Assembly (NCBI RefSeq): GCF_963676685.1
Contig: NC_092355.1
Location: forward strand, 43,772,001-43,836,000
Direction: 5' to 3'
DNA: 64,000 bases
Source of the DNA: Mytilus edulis
Lineage: Eukaryota
Shown here: in pieces, positions 40,101 through 53,360 of the stretch
Numbering within the stretch: the first letter of the stretch is position 1
Layout of the letters: each line of letters begins with the position of its first letter
Notes under the pieces: model-generated
Told to the model about the DNA's origin: nothing
Database searches by the model: none
Seen by the model: only the letters and a program-made list of their open reading frames with translations
Made by a program: the position numbers and the translations under genes

Positions 40101-43100
40101 ACGCAACATTATGTAGCGTATGATTAATTAGAAACAATATTTACAAGCACCAAAGCACTAAAGTAAAACATCATGTATGGTTTATAAATCTTAAACAACA
40201 AGCGTAAATTTCCATTAAGTTAATAGAGATTTAAAGCTTATTAGTATGCAACTAAACCTCTTACGGGAGGAATTGTACTTGATTTTCATATGATGAAGAC
40301 ATAATCTTTCTATCAGTTGAATTGGGGTCTGGAGCTGCTAGCAGTCCTTTATTAAAGAGGGTACAGATAATAGAGGGACAGTCAAACTCATATATCGCAA
40401 ATCAACTGACGGATGTTAATGTGTGTATCATTGTCATTTTGCTTAGTTGTTTTGTTCTTTTTATGTTATCTATTCTGACATTGGACCGGATTTCTTTTCA
40501 ACAGAGTGTTACTGTGTGTATTGCTATGTTTTTCTTTATTCTATATTGGCTAGAGGTATAGGGCGTGAGTTAGATTGGACTACCTATTTCAATTTGTCTT
40601 TAAATATAGAATGAAGTTTTTACAGCCCGATAATTATATTAACTTACGGAAAACGTTCGACAATATATGAAAACTAAATAAATCAAAACAACTTTTTTGA
40701 TTATATGCGAAATACAACATTAAAATGTTTACTTACTAATACTTATGGTCAAACATTAAGATACGGTATATGCCCTTTATATAGTCTAAGTTTTACCTGA
40801 TCTTTAGCATAATCGTCATACTTTGTCTCCCCATTGAATCCCTTTGTCAAGATCACTAGAAGTGGTAGGTTGCCCTTGTACCTTCTGTGGAATTCGGGTA
40901 ATGATAATTGTTTTTCTTTAGAATACTCATACGCACAAGGCTTTGACGCAGTAGCTTAAAAAAATGAAAAATCCATATGAAGCAATCGGAAATTAAGACT
41001 GAAAAAAGATATTTGTTCTGAAATATTTTTTATCAACAGATTCTGACAAATTTCGCGCATCTATGATATTATAAGTCGAAAGTCATACAAAATCAATGCT
41101 CGAAGTTCAAAATTTGATTTAAAACATGTAAAACACAGGTTGATCTTTAACGTTAAAGATGAGTTAATAACAGACCAAATACCATTGTTGCTAATCTGAA
41201 AGCCCGTAGCATGTCCTGGCCATTCCAAATAGTTTTGGGATATTCATCATGGGAATATTTTATTACGTACGTTAACGTTGTTAATCTATTTGCAAAAAAA
41301 AAAAATTCTTCTCCCTTTATTTATCAAATAAGCAATTGGCACTTCCTTCATCTAATGTTATCATGTAAACGGTTAAATAGAAGTTAACTTGTAAACAGGC
41401 GCTTATATCCCAAACGTCCGTTCCAGTCAATACTTGGATATAATACAATAAAACAGCCTGTCCTCAAGATCTAAAAGACAGTATGACTGTTACAGCTTAT
41501 TCTCCGATTGGGACAGTCTGTCACTACTAGACAGTGCAGCCTGGTACAACTTGTCCTTCGAGTGTAACAGTCTGTTACTACCAGACATTGCGGACTGGTA
41601 CAACTTTTACTCAGAGTGGGACACCCTGTCACTGCCAGACAGTGCGGTATGGTACAGCCTGTCCTCCCAGTGGGACAGTCTGCTATGTCAATCCTGATCA
41701 ACTTGTACGTTCACTTTGTAGCCAGTACAAAGTGTCCTCTCTATATTAAAGCGCTTCTAGCACTTAATATATCCGACGTACGCTCTGTTGCTTGATGACA
41801 GCTCATCGACAGCCAACTGACAGCCTTGAATGCCGTTTTTCGTTCTCTCATATACCCGTGGTCGATTTCATTATTCCCTTGATAGGGGTTTTCTCTAAAT
41901 GTTCCCGATACCGAACACAAGAAATCCCTCTCGAAAACCCCCATACCCTTGGACTCAACCACCGCCTTTCCCGCCAAACGTCTAAATCAAATCAACGCTT
42001 CTTCCTGCGTGAATTATGTATTGCTACAACAAGATTCTTCTTGTTTGAAACCATAAAGACCAATAATCATTTCAGTAGCTAGGTCAATAAAAGAATGTGT
42101 TGTATTTTTGCAAAACTAAACAACAAATTTAATAACCCATATATTACATTCAAACACAAAAAACTAAAAGTTTTACAAAATGTTTAAAAAAATTTAAAAG
42201 TTCTGAAATAATTCTTATTAAATTAGAACTTAAATTTGAAACTGGATATTTTATATAAGAAAACAATTATTTTCATGAAGTGTGAATGAGGACGTATAAT
42301 GCTTTAACACTGACCTGGTGGATAATTTACCAGCATAATTGCAAACGATATCACAAAGAAAAGTGTGTCTTATCTATGTATAAAAAGTTTAGATTACTAA
42401 AACAAAGCTTGGTTATAAACATGGTGTCCACAAATGTGCATAATGTAATTGTATTCTGCCTACAAAGAATTATTGGAGAAAGCAATAATTTTTTTTTCTT
42501 CTGAAAGACTTATTCTTAATGGTAATCTTTGATAATGTATCAACTGTATATTGCCAAGCTTTGTATTATTAATCCAAACTTTGACGCTTAGTACAGCGTG
42601 TTAGTGAATTGCTCTTCTTAATTGTTATTCAATTATATATGACTTAAATTTCGAAATAAACACACTACCTGGACATGGCATGAACACTTGTATAAATGAA
42701 CCTTGTTTTCTGGCTAGCCGAACCTCCCGGTTATATAGCAATGTTAAAAACACATACATTGGCTTCTCGTGCGTCTTTAAAGTTTTCTTATTTTTTAATT
42801 ACATATTTGAATTTGTTTTATAAAATTAATTTATATTAACCATAGAATGTAATTCATGATGATTTCTAGAAGTTCTTATTTACAAATATAGCAATCTACG
42901 AAATTAAAACGCATATATAATATAAGATAAAAACATGATAAAACGTCGATTTATAACAGCTATGTTTTTGATATATAAATTAAAACTAAACGTACCAAGA
43001 TCAATTCCAGGTTCAACAATGGCATCTGTTTCGTGTTTTTCAGTTAAATGCTTTCCATTAACTATCGTTACAATTGTTTCAATAAATTGATTCATTCCTT

Positions 43101-46100
43101 CTTGAAAATTTTCCTCAGAGGTCATTGTTTCTTTTTTCAACCGAAAATAAACAGCCAATGCGTGGTGATCCAGGTGTTGTTCTTCTTCGCACATATCATT
43201 TTCAGAATCACTGTCTGTTGCAATGTCACATAATTCATCTGAAAACAGAGCCCGTGCTAGTATTGATTTTTGTCTCATCCTAAGTATCAATCTGCCGACA
43301 ATTTAATTTGAAAAAAAAAATCATTTGAAGATAACCATGATGACGTTGATAGTGTTAGGCTTTTCAAAAAATTTTCAAAGATTTAAATTCTCTTCATATT
43401 TGTACTTGTTTGGCTTCATAACTTTTTTGATCTGAGCGTCACTGACGAGTCTTATGAAGACGAAACGCGCGTCTGGCGTATTAAATTATAATCCTGGTAC
43501 CTTTGATAACTTATTAAATAGAGATGTTTTCAAACGTAGATACATGTACTCAAATAACAACATAATCTAATAGTGAATTGTAGTTTACTGATGTTAATAT
43601 CTCGTAAGTTGATTGGAAAGATAACAATCAGGGTAACAAAAGAAGACATAGGGGAATAAACACGTAACGTGTCAACCGGGTGCGGGAATTTCTCGCTACA
43701 TTGAAGACCTGTTGGTGACCCTCTGCTGTTGTTTTTTATTTGGTCGGGTTGTTGTCTCTTTGACACATTCCCCATTTCCATTCTCAATTTTATTGTTTCT
43801 GTTAGATAAGGATACAAAGAGACAAATGACAAGATTATTAATAGCTTATTTTATTTTTGCAACATTGATTGGTCGTAATTCTTACCATTTGGTTGTGTTA
43901 TTATAACGTGGATGCTTTCATCGGGACCAAAGTCTATAAGCTCTGCAATTCGATCCATAAACGTGCCTATCTCTATTAAAAAGGACGAATCATTTTCCAA
44001 CAATGACTTTTTGACTTCGACGTATAAAAGTAAACTTCCCTCTGTTGCTCTATCAAAAACAAATTTAAGTTGACCCTTGTTTATTTCGTCTTTGAAATCG
44101 TTCAGTAGTTTTGCTTTCTCTACAGCAACTTGATCTAGAATCTCGGGAAAGATTAAAACAAATGGACTAGTATCGCCATCATCTAGGATAACAAATATAT
44201 AAAACAACGTATTCATTAAAAATATATTTTATACTGATATATACATTCAATACAGTGTATCGATGAAAATTATAATCTTTTTCAAGGCAAAAATCATTAT
44301 CGTTAGTTAGACATACAAGTACTGCTTCTTTTTGTATGATATTGTAATTCTAACGCCTATAACATGTATGACGAAACATTTATTTAAATAAAAAAATAAC
44401 AATTTGCATTGAAAGCATATAAAACAATATAACAGTATAATTTGCAATATAAAATTGCGATATAATTTTCCCTGATGCATGGTTTTAGTTGACATTTAGA
44501 TCTTAAAGAACGACTCTTTTCCAGGGAATTATAATTTTAAACACTCAATTTAAACATACCAATATTCTCCATTTGAATGCGATAATACGAAAAAATTTCA
44601 GCTGCTAGTATTTGGCTAATAACAATCTAGACAAATATCAATAATAATTATGCAGCAAAGCTTATGGGGCTATGTAGCTATTTGTTTGTTTGATTGGCTA
44701 ATCATTTATCTACTAGTATATTATGGTATCATATGAACTTTGTATACTCACTAGTTAATGATATTTGCTGTTTTATGTATGCTGTCAGTCCCTTTTTATA
44801 ATATACTGTTACCTTTTTATCGTGCTGGTGAACTAGAAAAGTTGTACCTGGTAAAAGGATCATATTGTTACATGGTATACGTTTACTTAAGTATAATACT
44901 TTGTGCACTTCATTAATAGGGTGTGCTCCTTACACAAGTACTGCTCTTATTCAGCTAAGAGACAGCTGGAATCGAGGTTATGGGATACGTGTATGACATG
45001 AAAAACTTTCCCAGTCATAGCACCCGATCTCGTTTCTAAGAAATTCAGGCGATTACACGGTATTTCAGGTTTCTTTTCTGTCCACAATGTAAAATTGAGA
45101 ATTGAAATGGGGAATGTGTCAAAGAGACAACAACCCGACCATAGAGCAGACAACAGCATGTATCTTCTGAATGAATTTATACATCATTAAAATACTGTTA
45201 ACTCGAATCCAAATGTCTTTCGCATTGTTTTTGTTTTAATGAGTGTTCGGTTATTTTGATTTTCCCATTTGATTAGGGCCTTTCCTTTTTAAATTTTCAG
45301 CTCAGTATTTCTGTGATTTTTTGTACAGCACATGCCACTAGATTTATTGTTAAAAATTGTTTTAACCAAGTATAATAGTTAAAATCGAGAATTCACCACA
45401 TATTTTCAAAACTAAAAAAAAAAACAATCTATACGTGAACGGAATAAAACCTGTATTTCGTCTTTGATCTTAAATCCATAATTGAATGTTGATGACTTGA
45501 ACGGGAATATAATATTACTTTTATAAAATGATAAAGAGGGAAAAAAGGGGATTTCCGAAATATATTGGTCGAAACATAAAAAAACAGAAAACGCCATGGC
45601 AAATATAACTGGAATGTTCAATATGAACAGAGAAACAATTCCAACAAACACTTCGAAGAAAATAATGATTGAGTAATACAAAAAAGATTTTATTTCATCA
45701 AATATTACCTTCTTGGTTTTCTACAACCGATTTAGCCTCTAATGCTTCTCTAGTCCTGTTTTCGTCAATGGTGCAAGTTCGGAAATTCTCTATTTTCTTT
45801 TCGAATGACGATTCTAGAGTCTTATTTAAGTATTGATCAATTCGTTTTGCAACTTCAGTAAATTCTTTAAAGAAATCAGACATTATTGTTTCGGTTATAT
45901 TGATAGATAATCCATGTAAATATCTATTCCTGGCTCTACGAATTCTTTCAACATCATCACCAATCTCAACCTCTGTGGGGGTAGGGTTTGAACCCCAATT
46001 TCTTGTTGGTTTCGTAACAAATGTGTTCCTAAAATGCTTTACAATTATATATGCTAGTGAAACATCCAACACTTTGAAACCTTTGTCTGGGTCTGCTAAT

Positions 46101-46291
46101 TTGTTAACGACTTGCCATTCCTCTGGGGATAGTTTTTTATTAAAGTCCTTTGTTTGAACAATTCTGTCGTACAATGATTTGGGAGGCATCTGTGCATGTG
46201 CAATGATATCTTGAAGCATCTCTGACAGTATATCAGCCAACACTATACTTATTCGACCATGTCGTGCTTGTTCCGGTGTCGCAGTAGCCAT
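33533..46291 (-). CDS. HEPN(DZIP3-type)-2x unnamed module-CABIT-Pro/Tyr-rich-SAM protein (about 802 aa), GAREM/THEMIS-like adaptor with N-terminal HEPN
   Basis: Eight phase-compatible GT-AG coding exons: 46291-45709, 44182-43886, 43238-42996, 40954-40797, 39005-38864, 38239-38063, 35072-34905, 34173-33533 (2409 nt, 803 codons, no internal stop). A 5' UTR acceptor lies at 46342-46341. Confidence 0.72.
34905..40954 (-). CDS. CABIT-domain exons (40954-40797, 39005-38864, 38239-38063, 35072-34905)
   Basis: LSLPEFHRRYKGNLPLLVILTKGF..DQ|IIRLHR..FLSIPVDGKYKF..LMEEILAENNLPVQVRY: two LP-x-V subrepeats and SIP..YKF, as in CABIT domains. Confidence 0.75.
36250..36935 (+). mobile_element. HINE/DINE-1-like element with GTCC/GTCA microsatellite and about three 169-bp internal tandem repeats
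   Basis: 5' TATACCCCCGC..GGGGGGTATA, microsatellite 36295-36375, repeat anchor tcaggaact at 36401/36571/36739, 3' GCGGGGGTAT plus short hairpin. Confidence 0.8.
37138..37525 (+). mobile_element. 3' end of a Naiad-like PLE (RT C-terminus and 3' UTR)
   Basis: LKFYGRQHELVDRYGITVSQIISDM followed by a UTR also seen at about 16970-17205 and 32130-32225. Confidence 0.55.
41510..41683. repeat. 54-bp tandem repeat (about 3.2 units)
   Basis: Units start at 41510, 41564, 41618 and 41672 (gggacagtctgtcactaccagacagtgc..ggtacaac..agt). Confidence 0.8.
43436..43479 (+). ncRNA. Minimal type I hammerhead ribozyme (retrozyme repeat)
   Basis: gcgtca CTGACGA gtctt atg aagac GAAA cgcgcg TC tggcgt; all core bases and stems intact. 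Confidence 0.85.
45709..46291 (-). CDS. DZIP3-type HEPN domain exon
   Basis: LDVSLAYIIVKH..PTRNWGSNP..IGDDVERIRRARNRYLHG is the HEPN_DZIP3-like pattern with Rx4H (RNRYLH). Confidence 0.85.
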
Positions 46292-49200
46292 TTATAACCG
46301 CAATCGCTTTATTTTCTAAATTCTGCCGAATCTAGACCAGCTGAAATTTAAAAAAGGACAAAATTACAATATAAATCAAAAGTATCTCTATTTCCGTGAA
46401 CCCCGTTTGCATGGCATCCTCAAGATAATATCTTAATGACCCTTAATGTCTTCTATGATATAACATATTTAAGATTTGTTTCTGAGTTTACAAGTACAGA
46501 TATATACAGTAAAGTGAAAAGGAACAATAGAAATATAACACCCATTAATAAGATTCCTTTAATATAAATAAACTTATTAAAACAGCAGTATAACCAAATA
46601 AATCCATCGCAAAAATATAGATTTAAACATGACTCTAACTCAAAGGAAATACCATTACTAACACCTAGAATGTGGGGAACCCCAACCTTGAATACTAAAT
46701 ACTGAGTGACAAACGGATACTGTGCGTGAAAACAGTGTACGACTGAACATCTCCTTTGGCTTAATTTTACTAATTATTATCGAAATGGACGTTGGAACAA
46801 TTTGAAATAATAGTGTACAAAACTTAAATTTAGAAGTAAAAAAAATGTTATTAAGCAATGATAAAAATACGGATAATCTAGATTAAACTTAGAAAAGTTT
46901 GTCATTTGCCATTATGTTTATGAATATATATTTACTCACCAGTCATATTATTGTTGATCATAAAAACAGACACCGAAACAAAAAACAAAACAAAGCAAAT
47001 CTCATGTATTTCATATTCATGAATTGTTTAATTTCTCAACACAAACTTATTAAAACAATACACTTATCTATATTCGATGTGTAAATTAAATATATTAGAT
47101 TAGTTTAAACTGACTAATCAGTCACCCACTTTGTTATCTATATTGCAGGTTCATGTATTTATTTTAGATATCAAAACATAAACAGTTAACAGTGATTGCT
47201 AGAATAAAGACGATTAGAAGGTTTTTATCTTAGTGGTTTTTTTCTTATGTACATGTATTTATTTTTTAACGTAAAGATGTACTGCATTAGATATTGAATG
47301 CAAAGTACACGTAATATTATAAATAAGAGGCAATTTCTTGTATTTACCGTCTAAAGGACAGCTCAGATTTAAACATAAAAGCCCCACGAGTTGATACACG
47401 AACTCTTGTTGATGTGCTATAAGACCGAAAATATATGAGAGACATGGTACCTTGGTTTCATAATAACTTTTGAATTTTTCAATGGAGAATAATGAATGAC
47501 CTGTGACAAATAATGCACAAGCAGCCAATTCAACCAGTTTGCATTTCAACAAGACAAAGGTCCCAATTTAAGCATATTATAAACATAATACAAAATTAAA
47601 ACAACACGTTTAAAAATTTGCATGCGTCCGAAACGCTTTTCTGTATTTAGCTCTTTAAAGTAATTCTAATTTTTTTTTTTTTATATTTTCTCTAATGCGG
47701 CGTTCACATATTGCCGATTATTGCTCACGTGTGATGACAGACAGCGATAAGACACAAAAAGTGGTTACATTCGTGAATTATCTGAATAGTTTTATCATTG
47801 TCTGCACGCAGTCGTTTAACATGTTTATGTTCGTAACAGATTCTTACGGATCGGAAATTGTCCGGAGAGGTCGGCCAGGCACACCGACAGTAAGGTGCAT
47901 CCCGTAACATTCTGGGAAACTCTGCCAATTTTGTTTAGTCGGATTACAATCATGACTATGCCGTGACAGATTCTGCATCATCGGATCAAAATTGTAACCA
48001 TGTTCTGTGTTTCCTGGACGATGCCATTAGTGTTTTTCTGACGATTGAGTCAAGTTTGCATCTAGATCTTGTCGAATGCGAACTGGCGTTCAGAAATATT
48101 CTCGTTATTAATACCAAATTCGACAATTATACCCACGTCAGAGTCCTGAAAATTACAGAACACAATACTTTCAGACAAAACCGTTTGTAATGCAGTTCAT
48201 AGGACCATAATAGGAAATTGCGTTCAGACATTACCTGATCATCCCGAAAATACCGACAGTTTTCTAACGGATATCTTCCGTCAGCGTCTGTTCACTGTCA
48301 GATAGAATGAGGACGCTGTCGGAAAAGATTCGGTCGTTTACCATGCGAACGATAGAAATCGGATAAGAATCGGATTCAGAGTGGGATTATCAGGACAAAT
48401 TCGATATGAAACGAGGAGATATCCACGCTTCCTGGACAATATCTAATTGTTGTTGTGATTAAAAAAATAAAAATTTTAATTTTAATTTTAATTTAGAAAT
48501 AACTCTTTTTGGTCATGCTCTATGCTCATGGGTATGCATTATAGTTGTCGATATTTTACACTTAGTGCTTGAATGACATGAACAAATGTGTGGCTGTTTT
48601 CGTTTCCTCCCCTAAGAGTCTGTTCGTTACATTTTCATACTCAATAAGTTTTAAAAAAAACAAAAAAAAACCACTAAAAGCAATGTAAATATATGTTGTT
48701 TGGTAAACAATATATAACAACAGTTTACGTAAGCTGCTAAAATCTATATTTTTTATTTGGGACAACAATGAACATAACTAGAATATAAAAAGTAAGTGTG
48801 TGCACATGTGTCAAGCATATGTTACACCGATTAGAACATGGCTTTGTTTAAAAAACACAACAAGGACGTCATATTAGAGTCTGTTCTTTAACGCTTTATT
48901 TAAATCATTTTAAACGTGTTATTATTCAAATACAAATATTCAAATAAATGTGATTGGTCCATTGTAATTTTTTCTCTTGGATTAAACTTGTATATTTATG
49001 TTACGTTTACACTCAATTTGAATTATTCGATTCGCATTCAATTTAACTGATTCGAACAAGTTTAAGTCGCATTCAAAACGTTTTACGTCCAAACGTACAT
49101 TCAAATTCACTTTACTGTCCGAACGATGTTAACTTTTATTTCGTACAAAATGTATTAGCAAAGATGCTTTTCTAATGCGAATTGGATAGTGCGATTTAGC

Positions 49201-50569
49201 CAATTCGAATCAATTCGAATTAAAACGAAAGATCAGTGTGTGACCGCGATCAGCGAAATCGGTTCTCACTAGATATGAACTAAATTCGAACTAAATGTAC
49301 GTGTGAAAGAGGCAATATTTCTATTCCGTTAGGTTTGGATTTTCCCTTCTCTATTTCAATCTTTAGTAGATGTGGAACTTGATTAGTATCAAAATATAAG
49401 TCTTTGGTTAGTACTGCACGGGTATCTCTTATTTGTTATTACGGGAGGGGTTCTATAATCATACATATAAGTCTGATACTTGTATAGTACATATATGTAT
49501 CGAGGTGCTAACAGTAACTTGTGAGTACAACACGTTGTGTATAGTATAATATTTGCATTACATTATTTTGATCGAGTATACATGTAGAATAGCTAGAGAT
49601 GTGTTTGTTTAGAGATTTTTGTATTGGTTTTATTATCTTTATAAAAAAATCGCATCGTTTAGGAATTAATAATTTACTGTGTGCAAACCAAGCCTACCTT
49701 TTGACTTGACTCTTATCTAGCCATGTAGATATATTAGAAATGTTTTTACGTGGTACCCAAAACCTTGACTAATATTTATTGGGCTCGTTTGATTTTCAGG
49801 AAAAAATGACAAAATATTGACTCTGACCCTTTGACAAAAGTATAAAAATTTCAAAAATTTGAACAAACCACTTTGTCAGAAAAATTTTATTGGTTATATA
49901 GCAGTTTGACAAGCATTTATTTTGATCATTGAGAAGCTTAATATTTCCTTAGCAATACAACGTGATGAAAACGTTTATAGCAGATTTTTACAGAGTTATC
50001 TCCCTGTAATGTTAGGAACCACCTTAATTCGGACGAATTCGTGAGGGAGAATAAGAAGACTATTATTGTGTGCCCGCTAACATGTTTTACACCGCCACAT
50101 TCCTTTTATGCCAGTTCAAATAGATTTGAAGTTAGTGACCAGTTCATTTTTCGTTATGCAATAGTCCATATCCAACCGGCTGCTAACAGTTGAATCGATA
50201 TTCAATTTTTCTTAGTTGAAAATAATGAATATCTAAATATTCGATTTAAAACTTGACAGTCATAATTAAAAAGAGTAAAAAAATGAAAGGAAATCGTTTT
50301 ACGACTCATTCAAACTGTCGCAAATTATCGTTGTTTTCTGTTACCTGTCTTATCATCGGACTCGGACTTCTTCTAATCTGCTGAAACTCAACGTGCATTG
50401 CTATGTCTTTGTTTATCAACCCATCGATGGCCTTGTGCTGTTTTCTTGACTTTGGTCGTGTTTTTGTCTCTTTGACATATTTCCCTTTTCAATTCTCTAT
50501 TTCATTTATAATTAAAGCAATTCAGTTTCATGCGTATATATTTAAAGATCCACCGTCTTATATATATAT

Positions 50570-53133
50570 TTACGGCTTCTCCAACTTTTACTCTCCTTTT
50601 CTATCTATTCATATAAACAAATCAACTCTGGAATAAATGAAATGCTTTCTAAACCACCAATGTCCATTACTAACGGAGACATGGATTTAATCAAGAAAAG
50701 ATTATCCGATATTGAAAGAATAGAAAGTCAAAATTACAAAAACAAGCAACAAAAGAAATTTACCAGAGATGGTCTTAAACAGCAATTTTCAAATTTTGAT
50801 ATAAATAATATTTTAAAAGAGAGTGATTTAAAACAACCAAGAAAAAGACGTTTTAAAAAACGGACACACCCCGCGGATAATAATTTAGTTGTTAATCTGT
50901 CGTCAACAGAATTAACCAATTCAGAAGAAAAATTATTAAGTAGAGGTCTACACTTCTGTCCTATACCAGCAAACATTAACAACCTACAATTGGAGACAGA
51001 TGTGGATCAATTTGCAAGACGTCTTCGCCTAAAAGAACACTTTAATAGGCAACACAAAAAAAACTTACAAGAAGCCGGAATGAATGATTTGGAATATGAG
51101 AGTGATAAAGAGGACAAGTGCATCCAAAGATTTAAAAAGAAAAGCGAATGGAATCCACCAAGGAGTAAGAACGACAATTTAGAATCCTTTATATCATCTA
51201 TTAAAACTGAAGTAAAATCATCAGTCAGTGGCAAACGTTTACGGAATCTCTCTGAACAAGAAAGCCAAGCCATTAATAATTTAAAAAGCCGTGATGATAT
51301 TGTTATTAAACAAGCAGACAAAGGAAGTGCAGTTGTAGTGATCAACAAAACCGACTACATTGAAGAAGGGAATCGTCAGCTGGCAAATACAAAATTTTAC
51401 AAACATTTAGAAAGTGATCCTACAAAAGAAATAAGTAAACAAATTAATGAGGTCCTTTCAGATATGAACAGCAAAAAACACATAGATGACGACACGTACG
51501 ACTATCTACGTACTGATGAAACCTGCACAGCCGGTCGATTTTACTTGCTCCCAAAACTTCATAAAGAAAGGATTCCGGGAAGACCGATAGTATCTGCAAA
51601 TGGCCATCCAACCGAAAAAAATATCTGAATTCGTGGATTACCATCTTAGACCACATGTTAGAACAATGCCATCTTACATTCAAGATACAACAGATTATTT
51701 GAAGAAAATGGATTCATTAAATCCCTTACCAAACAATTTTGGTATCGATGGATGTGTCTTCTTTATACACAAATATTCCCAAAAATGAAGGAATAGTCGC
51801 TTGTGAACAAGTATGGAACAATCGTAAGGATAAACATCCCCCAACAGACTGTCTGGTTCAGTTGCTGCGACTAGTGCTGGAAAACAACAATTTTGTAATC
51901 AACGACCAGCACTACTTGCAGGTTGACAGTACCAGTATGGGAACCAAAATGGCACCTTCTTTTGCCAACTGTTTCATGGGGAGTCTCGAAGAACGCATCT
52001 TTTCGAATGTACCATACAAACCCTTGTCTTGGCTTCGTTATATTGATGACATCGACATCAAATGGAACGAAACTGCAGAACGTCTGCAAGAATTTCTCGA
52101 TTTCTGTAACAACTTTCATCAATCGATAAAGTTCACATCTGAAGTTTCAAATGAGAAAATTGCGTTTCTCGACACCACCATAACTTTAGAAAACGGAGTC
52201 ATGACAACCGACCTTCACACCAAAAAAACTGATAAACACCAATTTCTCTCTCCAAAGAGTTGCCACCCGAAACACTGCTCCCGGAGCATTCCGTACAGCC
52301 AAGCCATCAGGTTAAAACGGATTTGTTCATCGGAATCAAAATTAAACCATCGTTTGGGGCAACTCAGACAGCAACTTAAATCAAGAGGTTATAAGAACAA
52401 AAATATTTCAGAAGCTTTCGGTAAAGCAAAAGAAAAAGACCGAACAAACCTACTTGAGTACAAAGAAAAGACGGCCCAGACAAATAAAATCCCGTTTGTT
52501 GTTAGCTTTCATCCTGACCTGACAAATCTTTCATCAATTGTCCACAAACACTGGCGTCTTATTGAAAATGACCCTTCCTTAAAAGAGATTTTTCCATCAC
52601 CTCCCGTTATGGCTTACCGCAGACCCAAAAACCTCAAAGATATTCTAGTAACATCCAAAGTATCTAAACAGGAGATATCTACAATCGGAGGTTATACACC
52701 ATGCGGAAGGGGCAATTGTAAGTGCTGCAGAGTCGCCACTATCGAAACCCAATTCGTCAGCGCAGTCACAAAGAAAAAATACAACATATTCATAACATCA
52801 AATTGCAAAACGCAAAATTGCATTTATGTTCTAACGTGTGGAACTTGCAAAATACAATATGTTGGTGAAACAGAAACACCATTTAACATCCGACTAAATA
52901 ACCATCGGTCATTTTATACAAAAGAAAGGAACTGCCCAATTACAAGACACCTTTTAAGAGCAGGACATGATTTTGAAAACGTCACATTTCAAATCATTGA
53001 GAAAAATCAAAATTGGGATACACAAGGAAGACAAAAAAGAGAGAGATTTTGGATGCACCAGTTACGAACTCTTGAACCTGATGGACTCAATGAGAGAGAC
53101 GAAAAAAGATTTAAAAACAAATCAAAACCATAA
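50570..53133 (+). mobile_element. Penelope-like retroelement (Neptune-type): RT, Cys-rich linker and C-terminal GIY-YIG; frameshifted near 51620 and 51738
   Basis: KQADKGSAVVV, PGRPIVS, VSMDVSSLYTNIP, MGTKMAPSFAN, RYIDDI, SCHPKH..IPYSQAIRLKRICS, CGRGNCKCC, CIYVLTCGTCKIQYVGET, ERFW..L.TLEPDGLN; bounded by (TA)n at about 50559 and 53620-53765. Confidence 0.93.
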
Positions 53134-53307
53134 TTATCTTGAAATCATACAAATTAATTTATAGAAATTCATACAATTAATCGAACATCTATAAATGTGT
53201 TAAACTTTTATTCCAAGTTCATGTAGTTGTAGCTACAAACATATTAGCTGATCTGTAACAATAACATCTTCATGCCTTATATATCATGTACTGTAATACG
53301 CCGCTAG

Positions 53308-53358
53308 ATTAAAACTGACGAGGAAAGGTAACACACGGCCAGCGAAAGCTCTTTTATT
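53308..53358 (+). ncRNA. Minimal hammerhead-like motif in the PLE 3' region
   Basis: attaaaa CTGACGA g..ggt/gcc..c GAAA gc TC ttttatt: stem I aaaa/tttt, palindromic AGCT in place of helix III, irregular stem II. Confidence 0.6.
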
Positions 53359-53360
53359 GA

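Noticed and set aside
45900-46157. 85-aa plus-strand ORF
   Set aside because: Antisense shadow of the HEPN exon.
47697-49315. GC-richer stretch with short ORFs and Harbinger-like ends
   Set aside because: Could not define matching TIRs, a TSD or protein motifs.
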